From Candidatus Wallbacteria bacterium (GTDB taxonomy: Bacteria; Muiribacteriota; UBA6191; JACPRK01), in assembly GCA_016190005.1 (NCBI GenBank), contig JACPRK010000146.1:12518-76517 (forward strand): DNA of 64,000 bases, written 5' to 3'. Position numbers and translations under genes: made by a program. The notes under the pieces were generated by a model, which saw nothing but the letters and a program-made list of their open reading frames with translations, did no database searches and was not told the DNA's origin. Of this stretch, positions 55,436-64,000 are shown piece by piece. Within the stretch, counting starts at the first letter, position 1, and each line of letters opens with the position of its first letter.

Positions 55436-56160
55436 CGGCACGCCTCGACGAAGCCGCGGAACAGGCTCCGTTGCTCCTCGACGTCGACCAGCTCCTCGGG
55501 GTGCCACTGGACGCTGACCAGAAACTGGTCGTCACCGCTCTCGAGCCCCTCGACGATGCCGTCGGGGCTGAGCGCGCAGACCTTCAGTCCATCGCCGATA
55601 CGCCGGACGGCCTGGTGGTGGATGCTGTTGACGTGGAGCTGCTCGCAGCCCAGGAGCCCGTGGAGCCGGCTGCCGCCGCTGACGTTGACGGTGTGGACGA
55701 GCTTTCCGCGGGGCGAATCCTGCCGGTGGTCCAGCTCCGTTTGGTACTGGCTGGGGATGTCCTGGTAGAGGCTGCCGCCCAGCGCCACGTTGATGGTTTG
55801 CATGCCCAGGCAGATGCCGAAAGTGGGCAGCCGCACCCGTCGCGCGCGCCGCACCAGCTCCAGCTCGAAGCGCGTTCGCTCCTTGGAGATCGCTTCGGCC
55901 TTCGGGTGCGGCTCCTCGCCGAAGTGGCTTGGGTCCATATCCCGGCCGCCGGTGAGCATCAGCCCGTCGATCGATGACAAGATGCGGTCGATGGCGTCCG
56001 TGTCATCGGTGGTGATGAGGGCGACCGGAACGCCGCCCGCGGCCTCGACAGCGCGCACGTACCGCGTGTTGAGGTAGTAGCACCCGGCGGGGGAGGGGCA
56101 CTTTGGTTCGTGGCCATCCAGGATGTTGACGGTGCAGCCGATGAGCGGTCGTCGTGGCAT
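55420..56160 (-). CDS. Gamma-glutamyl-GABA hydrolase family (peptidase C26, PuuD-like)
   Basis: LTGGRD, GICLGMQ, VNSIHHQAV, VQWHPE. Confidence 0.9.
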   Translation of the reverse strand: MPRRPLIGCTVNILDGHEPKCPSPAGCYYLNTRYVRAVEAAGGVPVALITTDDTDAIDRILSSIDGLMLTGGRDMDPSHFGEEPHPKAEAISKERTRFELELVRRARRVRLPTFGICLGMQTINVALGGSLYQDIPSQYQTELDHRQDSPRGKLVHTVNVSGGSRLHGLLGCEQLHVNSIHHQAVRRIGDGLKVCALSPDGIVEGLESGDDQFLVSVQWHPEELVDVEEQRSLFRGFVEACRRREA

Positions 56161-56167
56161 GGTCGGT

Positions 56168-57793
56168 TCAGCGCTCGGTGGGCCGCGGGCGCGCGGGGTC
56201 GGCAGCCGGGTCGTGCCCGAGCCCCAGAATCCGGCCCGGCAGCTGGTCGGTAACGCAACCGTCCCTGACGACGAGACGGCCGTTCACCATGATATGTCGG
56301 AACCCGGCCGAGTATCGGTGAGGGTCGAGGTAGGTCGCGTGGTCGCGCACCGCCGCCGGGTCGAACACGACCAGGTCGGCCGCAAAGCCCGGCGCGATGC
56401 GGCCGCGGTCGCTGAATCCGAGCTGACCCGCCGGGAGCGAAGTGACGCGCCGCACGGCTTCTTCCAACGTAAAGAGCCCTTCGTCCCGCGAGAGACGTCC
56501 GAGGGCTCGCGAGAAGGTGCCGTAGGCTCGAGGGTGGGGCTTGCCGGAAGAGGCCGGCCCTTCAGTGGCGCGCGCTTCGGCGTCGGAGGCGACCATGACG
56601 TAGTCGTGGGCAAGCACGCGCTTCATGTTCTCGTCGGAGAGGACGAAGAAGACGCACTCGCAGGCGCCGCGGGTCTGGAGCAGGATCTCGACGGCCATCG
56701 TCGCCGGGTCGACTCCCGCCCGGGCTGCGAGGTCCGTGAGGTACTTGCCCTCGAGCTCCGGGTGGTCCTGCGCCCAGGCGATAAGGACGCGCCCGTAGTA
56801 GTCGTCATCGTACTTGCGGGCCATTTCGTCGCGGATCCTGGCCAGCGCAGCAGGGTCGCGCAGGCGCGCCAGCTCGGCCTCGAGGCCGCCGTCGTAGGCC
56901 CACTCGGGCAGCAGCTGATCCAGGCCGGTAGACGTTGCATCGTAGGGGTAGCGATCCGACAGCACCGGTAGCCCTTCCGCCCGGGCCGCTTCGATCATGG
57001 CGAAGGCGCTGTCGAGCTTGTGCCAGTTCTGCGGGCGGCTGGCCTTCAGGTGCGAGATCTGCGTGCGGGCGCCGCTCTTGCGGCAGATCCAGAGCGCTTC
57101 CTCGATCGCCTCGAGCAGGGTGGCGCCTTCCCCGCGGATGTGCGAGGCGTAGAGACCGCCGCGTTCGGCGACGACCGTGCACAGCTCGGCGATCTCCGCG
57201 CGTTCGGCGAAACAGCCGGGCGGATAGATGAGGCCCGTGGAAAGGCCGATGGCGCCCGCCTCGATCTCCCGCGCCAGGATGGCTTTCATTCGCTCCATCT
57301 CGGGGCCGGTCGGCGACCGGTTCGCATGCCCGACGACAAACCCTCGCAGGAATCCATGGCCGACGAAGAAGGCGCGGTTGATGCCGGTGCCGAAGTTCTC
57401 CTGGCGCCTGCGGTAGCCCGCGAAGTCGGTCCAGTCGACGGCCACGCCCTGCGGCTCCCAGCGCGCCGCCTCCCGGGCTCGCGCTTCCTCAGAGAGCGGG
57501 AATGCGCTGAAGCCGCAGTTGCCGGAGACCTCGGTGGTGACGCCGTCGAAGAGCTTGGACAGGGAGCGCGGCTCGACGAGCTGGATGTAGTCGGTGTGGG
57601 TGTGGATGTCGATGAAGCCGGGCGCCAGGGCCAGGCCGCCGAGCTCGAGCTCCGCGTCGGCCGGTACCGAGAGCTTCGGGCCGACGGCGGTGATCTTGCC
57701 GCCCGAAACTGCCACGTCGCCCGTCCGGGACGGTGCACCCGAGCCATCGACGATCCTGGCGTTCCTGAGGAGCAGCTCGGCGTGTGGGGGCAT
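56168..57793 (-). CDS. N-acyl-D-amino-acid deacylase (amidohydrolase)
   Basis: PGFIDIHTH, GNCG, SHIRGE, ISHLK, HPRAYGTF, ADLVVFD. Confidence 0.9.
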   Translation of the reverse strand: MPPHAELLLRNARIVDGSGAPSRTGDVAVSGGKITAVGPKLSVPADAELELGGLALAPGFIDIHTHTDYIQLVEPRSLSKLFDGVTTEVSGNCGFSAFPLSEEARAREAARWEPQGVAVDWTDFAGYRRRQENFGTGINRAFFVGHGFLRGFVVGHANRSPTGPEMERMKAILAREIEAGAIGLSTGLIYPPGCFAERAEIAELCTVVAERGGLYASHIRGEGATLLEAIEEALWICRKSGARTQISHLKASRPQNWHKLDSAFAMIEAARAEGLPVLSDRYPYDATSTGLDQLLPEWAYDGGLEAELARLRDPAALARIRDEMARKYDDDYYGRVLIAWAQDHPELEGKYLTDLAARAGVDPATMAVEILLQTRGACECVFFVLSDENMKRVLAHDYVMVASDAEARATEGPASSGKPHPRAYGTFSRALGRLSRDEGLFTLEEAVRRVTSLPAGQLGFSDRGRIAPGFAADLVVFDPAAVRDHATYLDPHRYSAGFRHIMVNGRLVVRDGCVTDQLPGRILGLGHDPAADPARPRPTER

Positions 57794-57825
57794 GGCGGCG
57801 TCCCCCCTCCTTGCGTCCTCGCGAG

Positions 57826-58566
57826 CTACTTTCGGGCCGCCTCGCGGTCCAGGATCGGCAGGAGGTCGGTCAGGGCCCCGATCTCGAAATCGGCCTCGGG
57901 GCAGTCCTTACCCGCGTCGGGCGCGGCGCGCAGATAGATGGTCGCGAAGCCGAGCTTGCGCGCTGTGGGGATGTCCCGGTGCGGATCGTCGCTGACGAAG
58001 TAGGCCTGCTTGGTGGTGATCTCGGCCTTGCCCACGGCCAGCTCGAAGATCCTGGGATCGGGCCTGCACACCTGGGCTTCCTCGGCGGTGGTGACCGAGT
58101 CGAAGTAGTCGCGGATGCCCAGCGAGTCGAGCAGGGAGCCGAGGAGGTCACCGTCGACATGGCTGATGAGGCCGACGTGGAAACCGCGCTCCCGGATACC
58201 GGAGAGCGCTTCCTCGGCGCCGGGCATCAGGGCTCCGTGGACGCAGTGCATCTTCCGAGTCACTTCCTTGACGAACAGGAAATGCTCGCGCGTCTTGGGG
58301 ACCTGGAGGATGGTGCCGAAGTGGGGGAGCACGGCGCGCAGCATATCGTCGCCGGCCAAGAACTCGTCGGCGTCGCGCTGGGCCAGGTAGCGGTCGGCGC
58401 GTTCCGAGAAGCGCTCCAGCAGTGACTGCGGCGTGACGTCCAGCTTGAAGTGGCGGACGATCTCGCGGGCCGACTCGAGGTGGGCCTTCTGGTCGCTCTG
58501 GGGGTCGTAGATGGTGCCCGTGTACGCGAAGAAGATGGCGCGCTTCGACTTGCGGCTCTGCTTCAT
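57826..58566 (-). CDS. HAD-fold protein with degenerate catalytic motifs
   Basis: FFAYTGT (for FDxDGT), GLISH, CRPDPRIF (for KP), VSDDPHRDI. Confidence 0.8.
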   Translation of the reverse strand: MKQSRKSKRAIFFAYTGTIYDPQSDQKAHLESAREIVRHFKLDVTPQSLLERFSERADRYLAQRDADEFLAGDDMLRAVLPHFGTILQVPKTREHFLFVKEVTRKMHCVHGALMPGAEEALSGIRERGFHVGLISHVDGDLLGSLLDSLGIRDYFDSVTTAEEAQVCRPDPRIFELAVGKAEITTKQAYFVSDDPHRDIPTARKLGFATIYLRAAPDAGKDCPEADFEIGALTDLLPILDREAARK

Positions 58567-60002
58567 GAGCGACCTCCGGCGTTGCTGGCCGGGAAGGCGG
58601 CCGACTTGAAGACGTCGGGTTCCAGTCGTCCCATGAGCCGGAAGAGGGCGGCCCGGGACCTCAGCACGGTGGAAGAGACGCGATCGCGATTCAAGATGGC
58701 CCTCGAGAGGTTGATCCGGGCTTCCAGCAGGTCCGCCCGGGACAGGATATTGACCTGAAACTTCTCCGTCACGGTGTCAAGCACATTGCGGGCCAGCTCG
58801 ATGTTCTTCTCGAGGCCGTCCAGCAGCTTCCTGGATTCTACCAGGGTACTGTAGGCATGCCGTACCTGCAAGTCCAGCTGGCGCACGCCGGCGGCCACCT
58901 CCGCGCGCGCCTCGCGGACCTTCGAGCGGGCCTTCTTCTTCTCCTGGTCGGAGTGGCCCCCGTCGAAGAGGTTCCAGGTCGTCATGAGAGCGACCGTCCA
59001 GATGTTCGACTGGTTTTCGGGGCGAGTGAAAGGGCGGTTGTTGAAGTAGTCGGCGCGGAAGTTGACCTGGGGCTTCTCCTCGCTGGCGGCCAGGCCGATC
59101 TCCTCGCCGGCCGCGGCGTGGGCGATCTCGAGCAGCCTCAGCTCAGGGTTCTCGGCCCGCGCGGTCTGGAGCATCTCCTCCGGGGTGCCCTCCAACTCCC
59201 GCATCTCGAAGGCCGGCACCATCTCCAGCGCCACGCCTGGCGCCAGTCCGGTCAGCGTTGCCAGCTTGCGGCGCGATTCCTCGACTCCGGCGCGCGAGGC
59301 CGCCAGCTTCTGGCGCCGCTCCGCTGCCGAGAGCTCCAGTTCGAGCATTTGCGGCGCGGTCAAGGGATCGCCCTTGGCCTGCTCCTGCATCTGCCGCGAC
59401 TGGGCCTCCAGCGCCCGCAGGCGCTCGGCCTCGATCTTGATTTCCTTGTCGCCGAGGAGAACCTGCAGGTAGAGCTCCAGGATCTCGAGAATGACGTCCT
59501 GCACCAGCTTTCGCTTCAGCTGCTGCTGCGCCTCCTTTTTCTTCTCGGCGATGCGGGGCAGGATGGCCAGCCGGTCGCCGACGTAGACGGGCAGCTCGAG
59601 CACGGCACCGGTGATGGCCGCGGAGTCGTTGTTGATGTCGCTCAGGATGGGGCCGATCGGTCCCAGCGGCGTGAAGCGCTTGAAGTTGTCCGACTCCTTG
59701 AGGATGTTCTGCAGGCTCAGTCTGGGCAACTTGAGCGCTTCGGCGGAGCGGAGCTCGTGCTCGGCGGCCTGCTCGGCGTGCGTGGCGCCTGCGATGCGCG
59801 GGTAGGCGGTGAGCGCCAGCCGTACGGCGTCCGGAAGCGACAGAAGCCGCGCCTCCTGCACCGCCTGGGCGGCGGCCTTGCGCGGGGCGGCGGTGGCTTC
59901 GGAGCTCGGCCAGAGCGCGGCCGCCAGCGCGATCGCCGGGGCGACGCGCAGGACCGGGCGGAGATTCGACAAGGATAGCCGCATCCCCCATCCCATCGAC
60001 AT
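58563..60002 (-). CDS. TolC-family outer membrane protein
   Basis: Signal peptide, LSLPDAVRLAL, NPEL, WNLFDGG, two helical repeats. Confidence 0.85.
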   Translation of the reverse strand: MSMGWGMRLSLSNLRPVLRVAPAIALAAALWPSSEATAAPRKAAAQAVQEARLLSLPDAVRLALTAYPRIAGATHAEQAAEHELRSAEALKLPRLSLQNILKESDNFKRFTPLGPIGPILSDINNDSAAITGAVLELPVYVGDRLAILPRIAEKKKEAQQQLKRKLVQDVILEILELYLQVLLGDKEIKIEAERLRALEAQSRQMQEQAKGDPLTAPQMLELELSAAERRQKLAASRAGVEESRRKLATLTGLAPGVALEMVPAFEMRELEGTPEEMLQTARAENPELRLLEIAHAAAGEEIGLAASEEKPQVNFRADYFNNRPFTRPENQSNIWTVALMTTWNLFDGGHSDQEKKKARSKVREARAEVAAGVRQLDLQVRHAYSTLVESRKLLDGLEKNIELARNVLDTVTEKFQVNILSRADLLEARINLSRAILNRDRVSSTVLRSRAALFRLMGRLEPDVFKSAAFPASNAGGRS

Positions 60003-60066
60003 TCGGTGGCGCGAGTCGAAGGAATCTGTCGGGTGCGCGGCCAGGGGCCGGCGTGCCGGCGACTAC

Positions 60067-60480
60067 TCAGGCCGCGTCGATGCGGTTGCCCCGGGCGCTG
60101 AAGTAGAGGTAGAGCGGCTCGAGGCTTTCGGGGGTGTTGAGCTGCATCAGCGCCTTGGCGGCGCGGGCGCTCACTTCGTCGCGCGGGTGGCGCAGCATCT
60201 GGATGAGCCGCGGGGCGATGGCAGCCGCCGGGACCTTGTCGATCATCGACAGTCCGCGGCCGACCCGCCTGCCGTCGTCGGATTCGAGATCCGAAAGAAG
60301 CGCTGTCATGAGGTCCCCCGAGGAAGTGCGGGCGGGCTCCGCGGGCGCGTCCGTGCCTTGAGCCGGAAGTTCGGGTTCGGGCTGCCCCGCGCGGCGGCGG
60401 AAGAAGCGCCGGATGTCCTCCATCGACGTGAGCAACGTGGAGATCACGAGCACGGATGTGACCACGCCTAGCTGATCCAT
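60067..60480 (-). CDS. Small membrane-anchored HEAT-repeat protein
   Basis: N-terminal hydrophobic stretch; LIQMLRHPRDEVSARAAKAL. Confidence 0.6.
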   Translation of the reverse strand: MDQLGVVTSVLVISTLLTSMEDIRRFFRRRAGQPEPELPAQGTDAPAEPARTSSGDLMTALLSDLESDDGRRVGRGLSMIDKVPAAAIAPRLIQMLRHPRDEVSARAAKALMQLNTPESLEPLYLYFSARGNRIDAA

Positions 60481-60515
60481 AACATCATGGCTATCGGAAG
60501 CCGGTCCAACGAGGA

Positions 60516-62918
60516 TTAGCCGGCGGCCGGCCGGGGGCGCGGCCGTAGCTGGTCCCTGACGGATCGGTAGACTTCGGCCGTGGCGCGCGCCATGGCGGCC
60601 GGAGTGAAACGAGCCGCCGAGTCTCGGGCCCGGGCAGCGAGCACGGAGTGCTCGGCGGGGTTTGCGAGCTGGTCGGCCAGGATCGCGGCCAGGCCTGCTG
60701 GGTCACGAGGGTCGAAGAGGCGGCCGGTGACACCGTCCTCGACCAGTTCGAGAAGGCCGCCGGTGCGGGCGGCAGCGACGGGGACGCCGGCCAGCTGCGC
60801 CTCGAGGGCGGCCAGGCCGAACGCCTCCTTGAACGAGGGGACGACCAGCAGCGAGGTGAGGGCCAGCACGGCCGCGGGGTCGTCGAGCTCGCCGGCGAAG
60901 ACGGCGCGGTCGCCCAGGAGCGTGGCCGCCGCTCTGAGGAACGGCTCTTCGGGGCCGGCACCCACGAAGAGGAGGCGCCACGGGGCGCCCGCTGCGAGGA
61001 GTCGGGCGGCCTCCAGAACGAGACGCTGGTTCTTGTTCGGGTGGAGCTTGCCGACCACGGTGAAGACGACGTCCTCGGGCGAGAGACCGAGCCGGGCGCG
61101 GAGGCGCTCGACGTGAGCGGGATCTGCCGCGGGGACGGGCGGGAGGCCGGTGTAGACGAGATCGGTGGGTGGGCCGGCGGGCAGTCCAGCTGACAGGTGG
61201 TCGAGGACTGCCCGGGAGACCGCGATGAGACGCGAGGCGAAGCGGTAATAACCGGGCCTGGAGAGGCCATGAACCGTGGCCACGCATGGGAGTCCCGCGA
61301 GGCGCGCGGCCAGACTGCCGGCCAGGGACGCCCAATTGAGGTGGGTGTGGAGAAGGTCGAAGCCATCGGCGCAGAGCGTGGCGGCGAGGCGCGCGATTGC
61401 AGCAGGGTCCGGTCCCTGGAGCAGCGAGAGCGGCAGGACGGGCAGCTCCAGGCGGCGGGCCTGGGCCTCGAGCCAGCCGCCCGGGCAGCAGGCGAGCGTG
61501 ACGTCCGCCAGGCCGTCCTCGCGGAGCTGGCGGGCCAGGGTGACGGCGTGGCGCTCTCCGCCGCCCAGGCCGGCGGAGCCGACGGGCATGAGGACTCGCA
61601 AGGGTCGTTGGCGCTTTTGGCTCCTGGGCGTCGTCAGGGGCGAGACCCGGTCGGCCTCGAGCGCGAGCAGATCGAGGGCGATCTCGGAGGCAATCCGGGC
61701 GCTCACGCCCTGGCCGGCCTCGACCAACTCGCGAGCCCGGACGCCCATGGCGGTGGCCGCGGCGGGGCAGGCCGCAAGCTCGGCGAGCGCGGCCCCTAGC
61801 TCCGTGGCGTCGGCGACCTGCATCAGCGCGCCTTCCCGGAGGAACGTGGCCGCGTCGGCGGCGAAGTTGGCCAGGTCGGGTCCGCACACGATGGCCTTGG
61901 AGTGCCAGGCGGGCTCGAGGAAGTTATGGCCGTGCCACTGGCCGAAGGTACCGCCGACGAAGACGAGGTCTGCGCCGGCGTAGAGGGAGTCGAGCTCGCC
62001 CATCGTGTCGACGACGACCAGGTCGCATCCGGGCGGCGGCCCGCCCGCGGAGCGCTCCGACCATCGGACCGAGCGCGGTGAGAGCGCGAGGAGCTGGGCG
62101 GCGCGGGAGGGGCTTCTGGGCGCAAGCACGCGGAGCCATCCGCAGAGCGGGGCGGCGGCCTCCAGGAGCAGACGTTCCTCGCCCTCGTGGGTCGAGCCGG
62201 CGAGCAGGACGCGGCGGCCACCCGCGCGCAGCCAGGCGGCGGCTGGGTTGTCGGGCGGGGGCGGGCCGCCCGCGCGCTCGTACTTCGTGTTGGGGCGCAC
62301 GCGCAGGCGGTCCTCGGGGACACCCGCCGCCAGGAGCCGCCCGCAGTCCGCGTCCTGCTGCACGAAGAACAGTCGCACCGCGGCCAGGGCGGGGGCGAAG
62401 AGGTGGCGGGCCAGCGCGTAGCCGCGGCCGGCCCCGGGCGAGATGCGGCCGTTGACGAGGTAGGCCGGGACCTGCCGGCGCCTGAGCTCCAGTAGCATGT
62501 TGGGCCAGACGTCGGTCTCTGAGAGCAACAGGAGTCTGGGGTCGAGGCGCTCGAGGAAGGGTTCCAGAAAGCGCGGAAGGTCGAGCGGAAGAAATGTTCG
62601 GGAGGGAAACGTTGACGCGGCGCGGCGCTCGGCGACGTCGAGCGCGTCCTGGATGGTCGTCGTCAGGGTCGCGGGCTCGTGAGCGTTCAGAGCCGCGCGC
62701 AGGGCAGCCGCAAGCGGCGCGACTGCGAGGACCTCGCCGGCGCTGACGGCGTGAACCCAGAGCGCTCCCCGGACGGGCGGCGCGCCGTCGAAACGGTTGG
62801 CGCCCAGGTAGTCTCGCCAGCGCTTGCGAGAGTCCGAGCGAGAGGCGAGGTACGCGAAGATGGCCGGCGCCGCGGGCGCGTAGAGGGCGGAGTAAAGTCT
62901 GGCCGGGAGTGGCCGCAT
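60516..62918 (-). CDS. waaA: Kdo transferase (WaaA/KdtA) fused to a GT4 glycosyltransferase
   Basis: WVHAVSAGE, ETDVWPN, NGRIS, AGSTHEGE, DTMGEL, GHNFLEPA; then GGGERH, GKLHPNKN, EAFGLAALEA; start ATG 62918. Confidence 0.85.
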   Translation of the reverse strand: MRPLPARLYSALYAPAAPAIFAYLASRSDSRKRWRDYLGANRFDGAPPVRGALWVHAVSAGEVLAVAPLAAALRAALNAHEPATLTTTIQDALDVAERRAASTFPSRTFLPLDLPRFLEPFLERLDPRLLLLSETDVWPNMLLELRRRQVPAYLVNGRISPGAGRGYALARHLFAPALAAVRLFFVQQDADCGRLLAAGVPEDRLRVRPNTKYERAGGPPPPDNPAAAWLRAGGRRVLLAGSTHEGEERLLLEAAAPLCGWLRVLAPRSPSRAAQLLALSPRSVRWSERSAGGPPPGCDLVVVDTMGELDSLYAGADLVFVGGTFGQWHGHNFLEPAWHSKAIVCGPDLANFAADAATFLREGALMQVADATELGAALAELAACPAAATAMGVRARELVEAGQGVSARIASEIALDLLALEADRVSPLTTPRSQKRQRPLRVLMPVGSAGLGGGERHAVTLARQLREDGLADVTLACCPGGWLEAQARRLELPVLPLSLLQGPDPAAIARLAATLCADGFDLLHTHLNWASLAGSLAARLAGLPCVATVHGLSRPGYYRFASRLIAVSRAVLDHLSAGLPAGPPTDLVYTGLPPVPAADPAHVERLRARLGLSPEDVVFTVVGKLHPNKNQRLVLEAARLLAAGAPWRLLFVGAGPEEPFLRAAATLLGDRAVFAGELDDPAAVLALTSLLVVPSFKEAFGLAALEAQLAGVPVAAARTGGLLELVEDGVTGRLFDPRDPAGLAAILADQLANPAEHSVLAARARDSAARFTPAAMARATAEVYRSVRDQLRPRPRPAAG

Positions 62919-62922
62919 CGAT

Positions 62923-63330
62923 TCACTCCTCCGGCAGGGCTGGCGCCGGTGCCGGCGCGGTAATGCGCGGCATCGGGCCACCGGGCAACGGGCCCCCGGC
63001 GACGACCGGGCCGAAGAGAGTGTCCAGGTCCCTGATGAGCCGGCCGACCTGGATCCCCTTGCAGCTTTCGCCGAAGGGCAGCAGGTGCGCGCGGGACGAG
63101 TGATAGAGCTTGAGCGCCCCGTGACGGTTCGACTGCCCGACGTGGTGCAGCGCCACCGCTGCCTGGATGAGCCCCTGGTAGAGCGGCCGGATGCGGCCGA
63201 ACTCCTCGAGCCAGGCCGATTCGATCGCCTCGTGAGCCTCGAAGTACTCCTCCTGGTTGAAGAGCTCGATGCCCACGAGCACGCGAGGATCGAGCTCGGG
63301 CAGCTCCGATTCCTCCACGGTTCCCGACAT
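62923..63330 (-). CDS. DUF309 domain protein
   Basis: GIELFN..EYFEAHEAIESAW, YQGLIQAAVALHH. Confidence 0.85.
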   Translation of the reverse strand: MSGTVEESELPELDPRVLVGIELFNQEEYFEAHEAIESAWLEEFGRIRPLYQGLIQAAVALHHVGQSNRHGALKLYHSSRAHLLPFGESCKGIQVGRLIRDLDTLFGPVVAGGPLPGGPMPRITAPAPAPALPEE

Positions 63331-63353
63331 CGGAGGCGAAGCGTAGCATGGGG

Positions 63354-63409
63354 AGTGAGTAGTGAGTAGTGAGTAGTGAGTAGCGAGTAGCGAGTAGTGA
63401 GTAGTGAGT
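63354..63409. repeat. Tandem heptamer AG(T/C)GAGT, 8 copies
   Basis: Read directly: four AGTGAGT, two AGCGAGT, two AGTGAGT. Confidence 0.9.
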
Positions 63410-63495
63410 GGGGGCGTCGCTGACTCGGCTGGGCGGGCCTGCGGTCGGCGTGAGCAAGCTGTGCAGCACTCGTGTCGAAGGGCGCCATCGGCCCT

Positions 63496-63541
63496 CATCC
63501 CGAGCCCTTCGACCGGCTCAGGACTTGCTTGTCGAAGGATG
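63496..63541. repeat. REP-like hairpin (CCTTCGAC..GCTCAGG..GTCGAAGG family)
   Basis: CCTTCGAC and GTCGAAGG inverted arms; related to 16524-16550. Confidence 0.6.
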
Positions 63542-63663
63542 CCCCCGCCCCCGCCCTAGCCCCTGCCCCCGCCTTTCGCCGCCAAGATGCGCAGCGGCTT
63601 CGCACTTCTTGGCGTCGTTCCTCCCGAGCATCCTCCGGGGCAACAACTGCTAACCTGGGGAGA

Positions 63664-64000
63664 ATGACCGAGGAGCTTGCGGAGGCATTTCGCCGCCGGA
63701 CGTTGCGCCTGCTGCTGACGGGGTTTGCGGGCGCGGGCGTGGCGTTTGCGCCGTCCTGGGTCCGCATCCTGGAGGGGACGTGGCCGGCGTGGGTGATGGT
63801 AGGCCACGCGCTCGCGATGGCGGTGGCGGCGGTCGCGGTGGGGCGACGGCCCAGGATCGAGACGCGGGCGATTGCGGTCCTTTGCTGCTGCGCAGTCTTC
63901 CTGCCCACGGCCTTCCTGATGGGGTTGAGGGCGGCCTCGTCGCCGGGGCTTTACATCCACGACAGCGCCGTTCAGAGCGAAGAGGCGATGCGCTTCCTCC
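63664..64000 (+). CDS. Membrane protein, possible GT-C glycosyltransferase, 3'-truncated by the window edge
   Basis: Manual translation MTEELAEAFRRRTLRLLL..., about 3 TM, then YIHDSAVQSEEAMRFL; GGGAG RBS; not in the ORF track because no stop is reached. Confidence 0.6.
   Translation, partial: MTEELAEAFRRRTLRLLLTGFAGAGVAFAPSWVRILEGTWPAWVMVGHALAMAVAAVAVGRRPRIETRAIAVLCCCAVFLPTAFLMGLRAASSPGLYIHDSAVQSEEAMRFL

Noticed and set aside
62919-63488. N-terminal 190-aa extension of the WaaA ORF
   Set aside because: It overlaps DUF309 in another frame and translates the heptamer array (LLTTHYS); ATG 62918 fits the WaaA N-terminus

Overview
High-GC chromosomal window from a diderm bacterium (it encodes a WaaA/KdtA domain and a TolC-family protein), gene-dense, with two intact eukaryote-like Ser/Thr kinases and several secreted proteins. 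Housekeeping genes: carAB, tkt, aroB, two tRNA-Ser, an aminotransferase, an ABC-F ATPase, and larC-larE-larB. Most notable: (i) a divergent, compact PrkA(YeaG)-YeaH(vWA)-SpoVR operon followed by pspA, with inverted heptamer arrays between its first two genes; (ii) an ECF S-component overlapping larCEB, with no larA in the window; (iii) a prokaryotic pentameric ligand-gated ion channel overlapping a Zn-finger methyltransferase; (iv) a ~7.5 kb mosaic (27.2-34.7 kb) of abutting gene remnants (frameshifted PqqD/RRE, HigA-ImmA, otsB, CPA2 antiporter, alginate-lyase-like, kinase) around three intact genes; (v) a WaaA-GT4 fusion; (vi) recurrent 7-nt-period intergenic arrays and REP-like hairpins. I recognised no CRISPR array, integrase, transposase or rRNA. 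All family calls come from reading motifs by eye, not from database searches.
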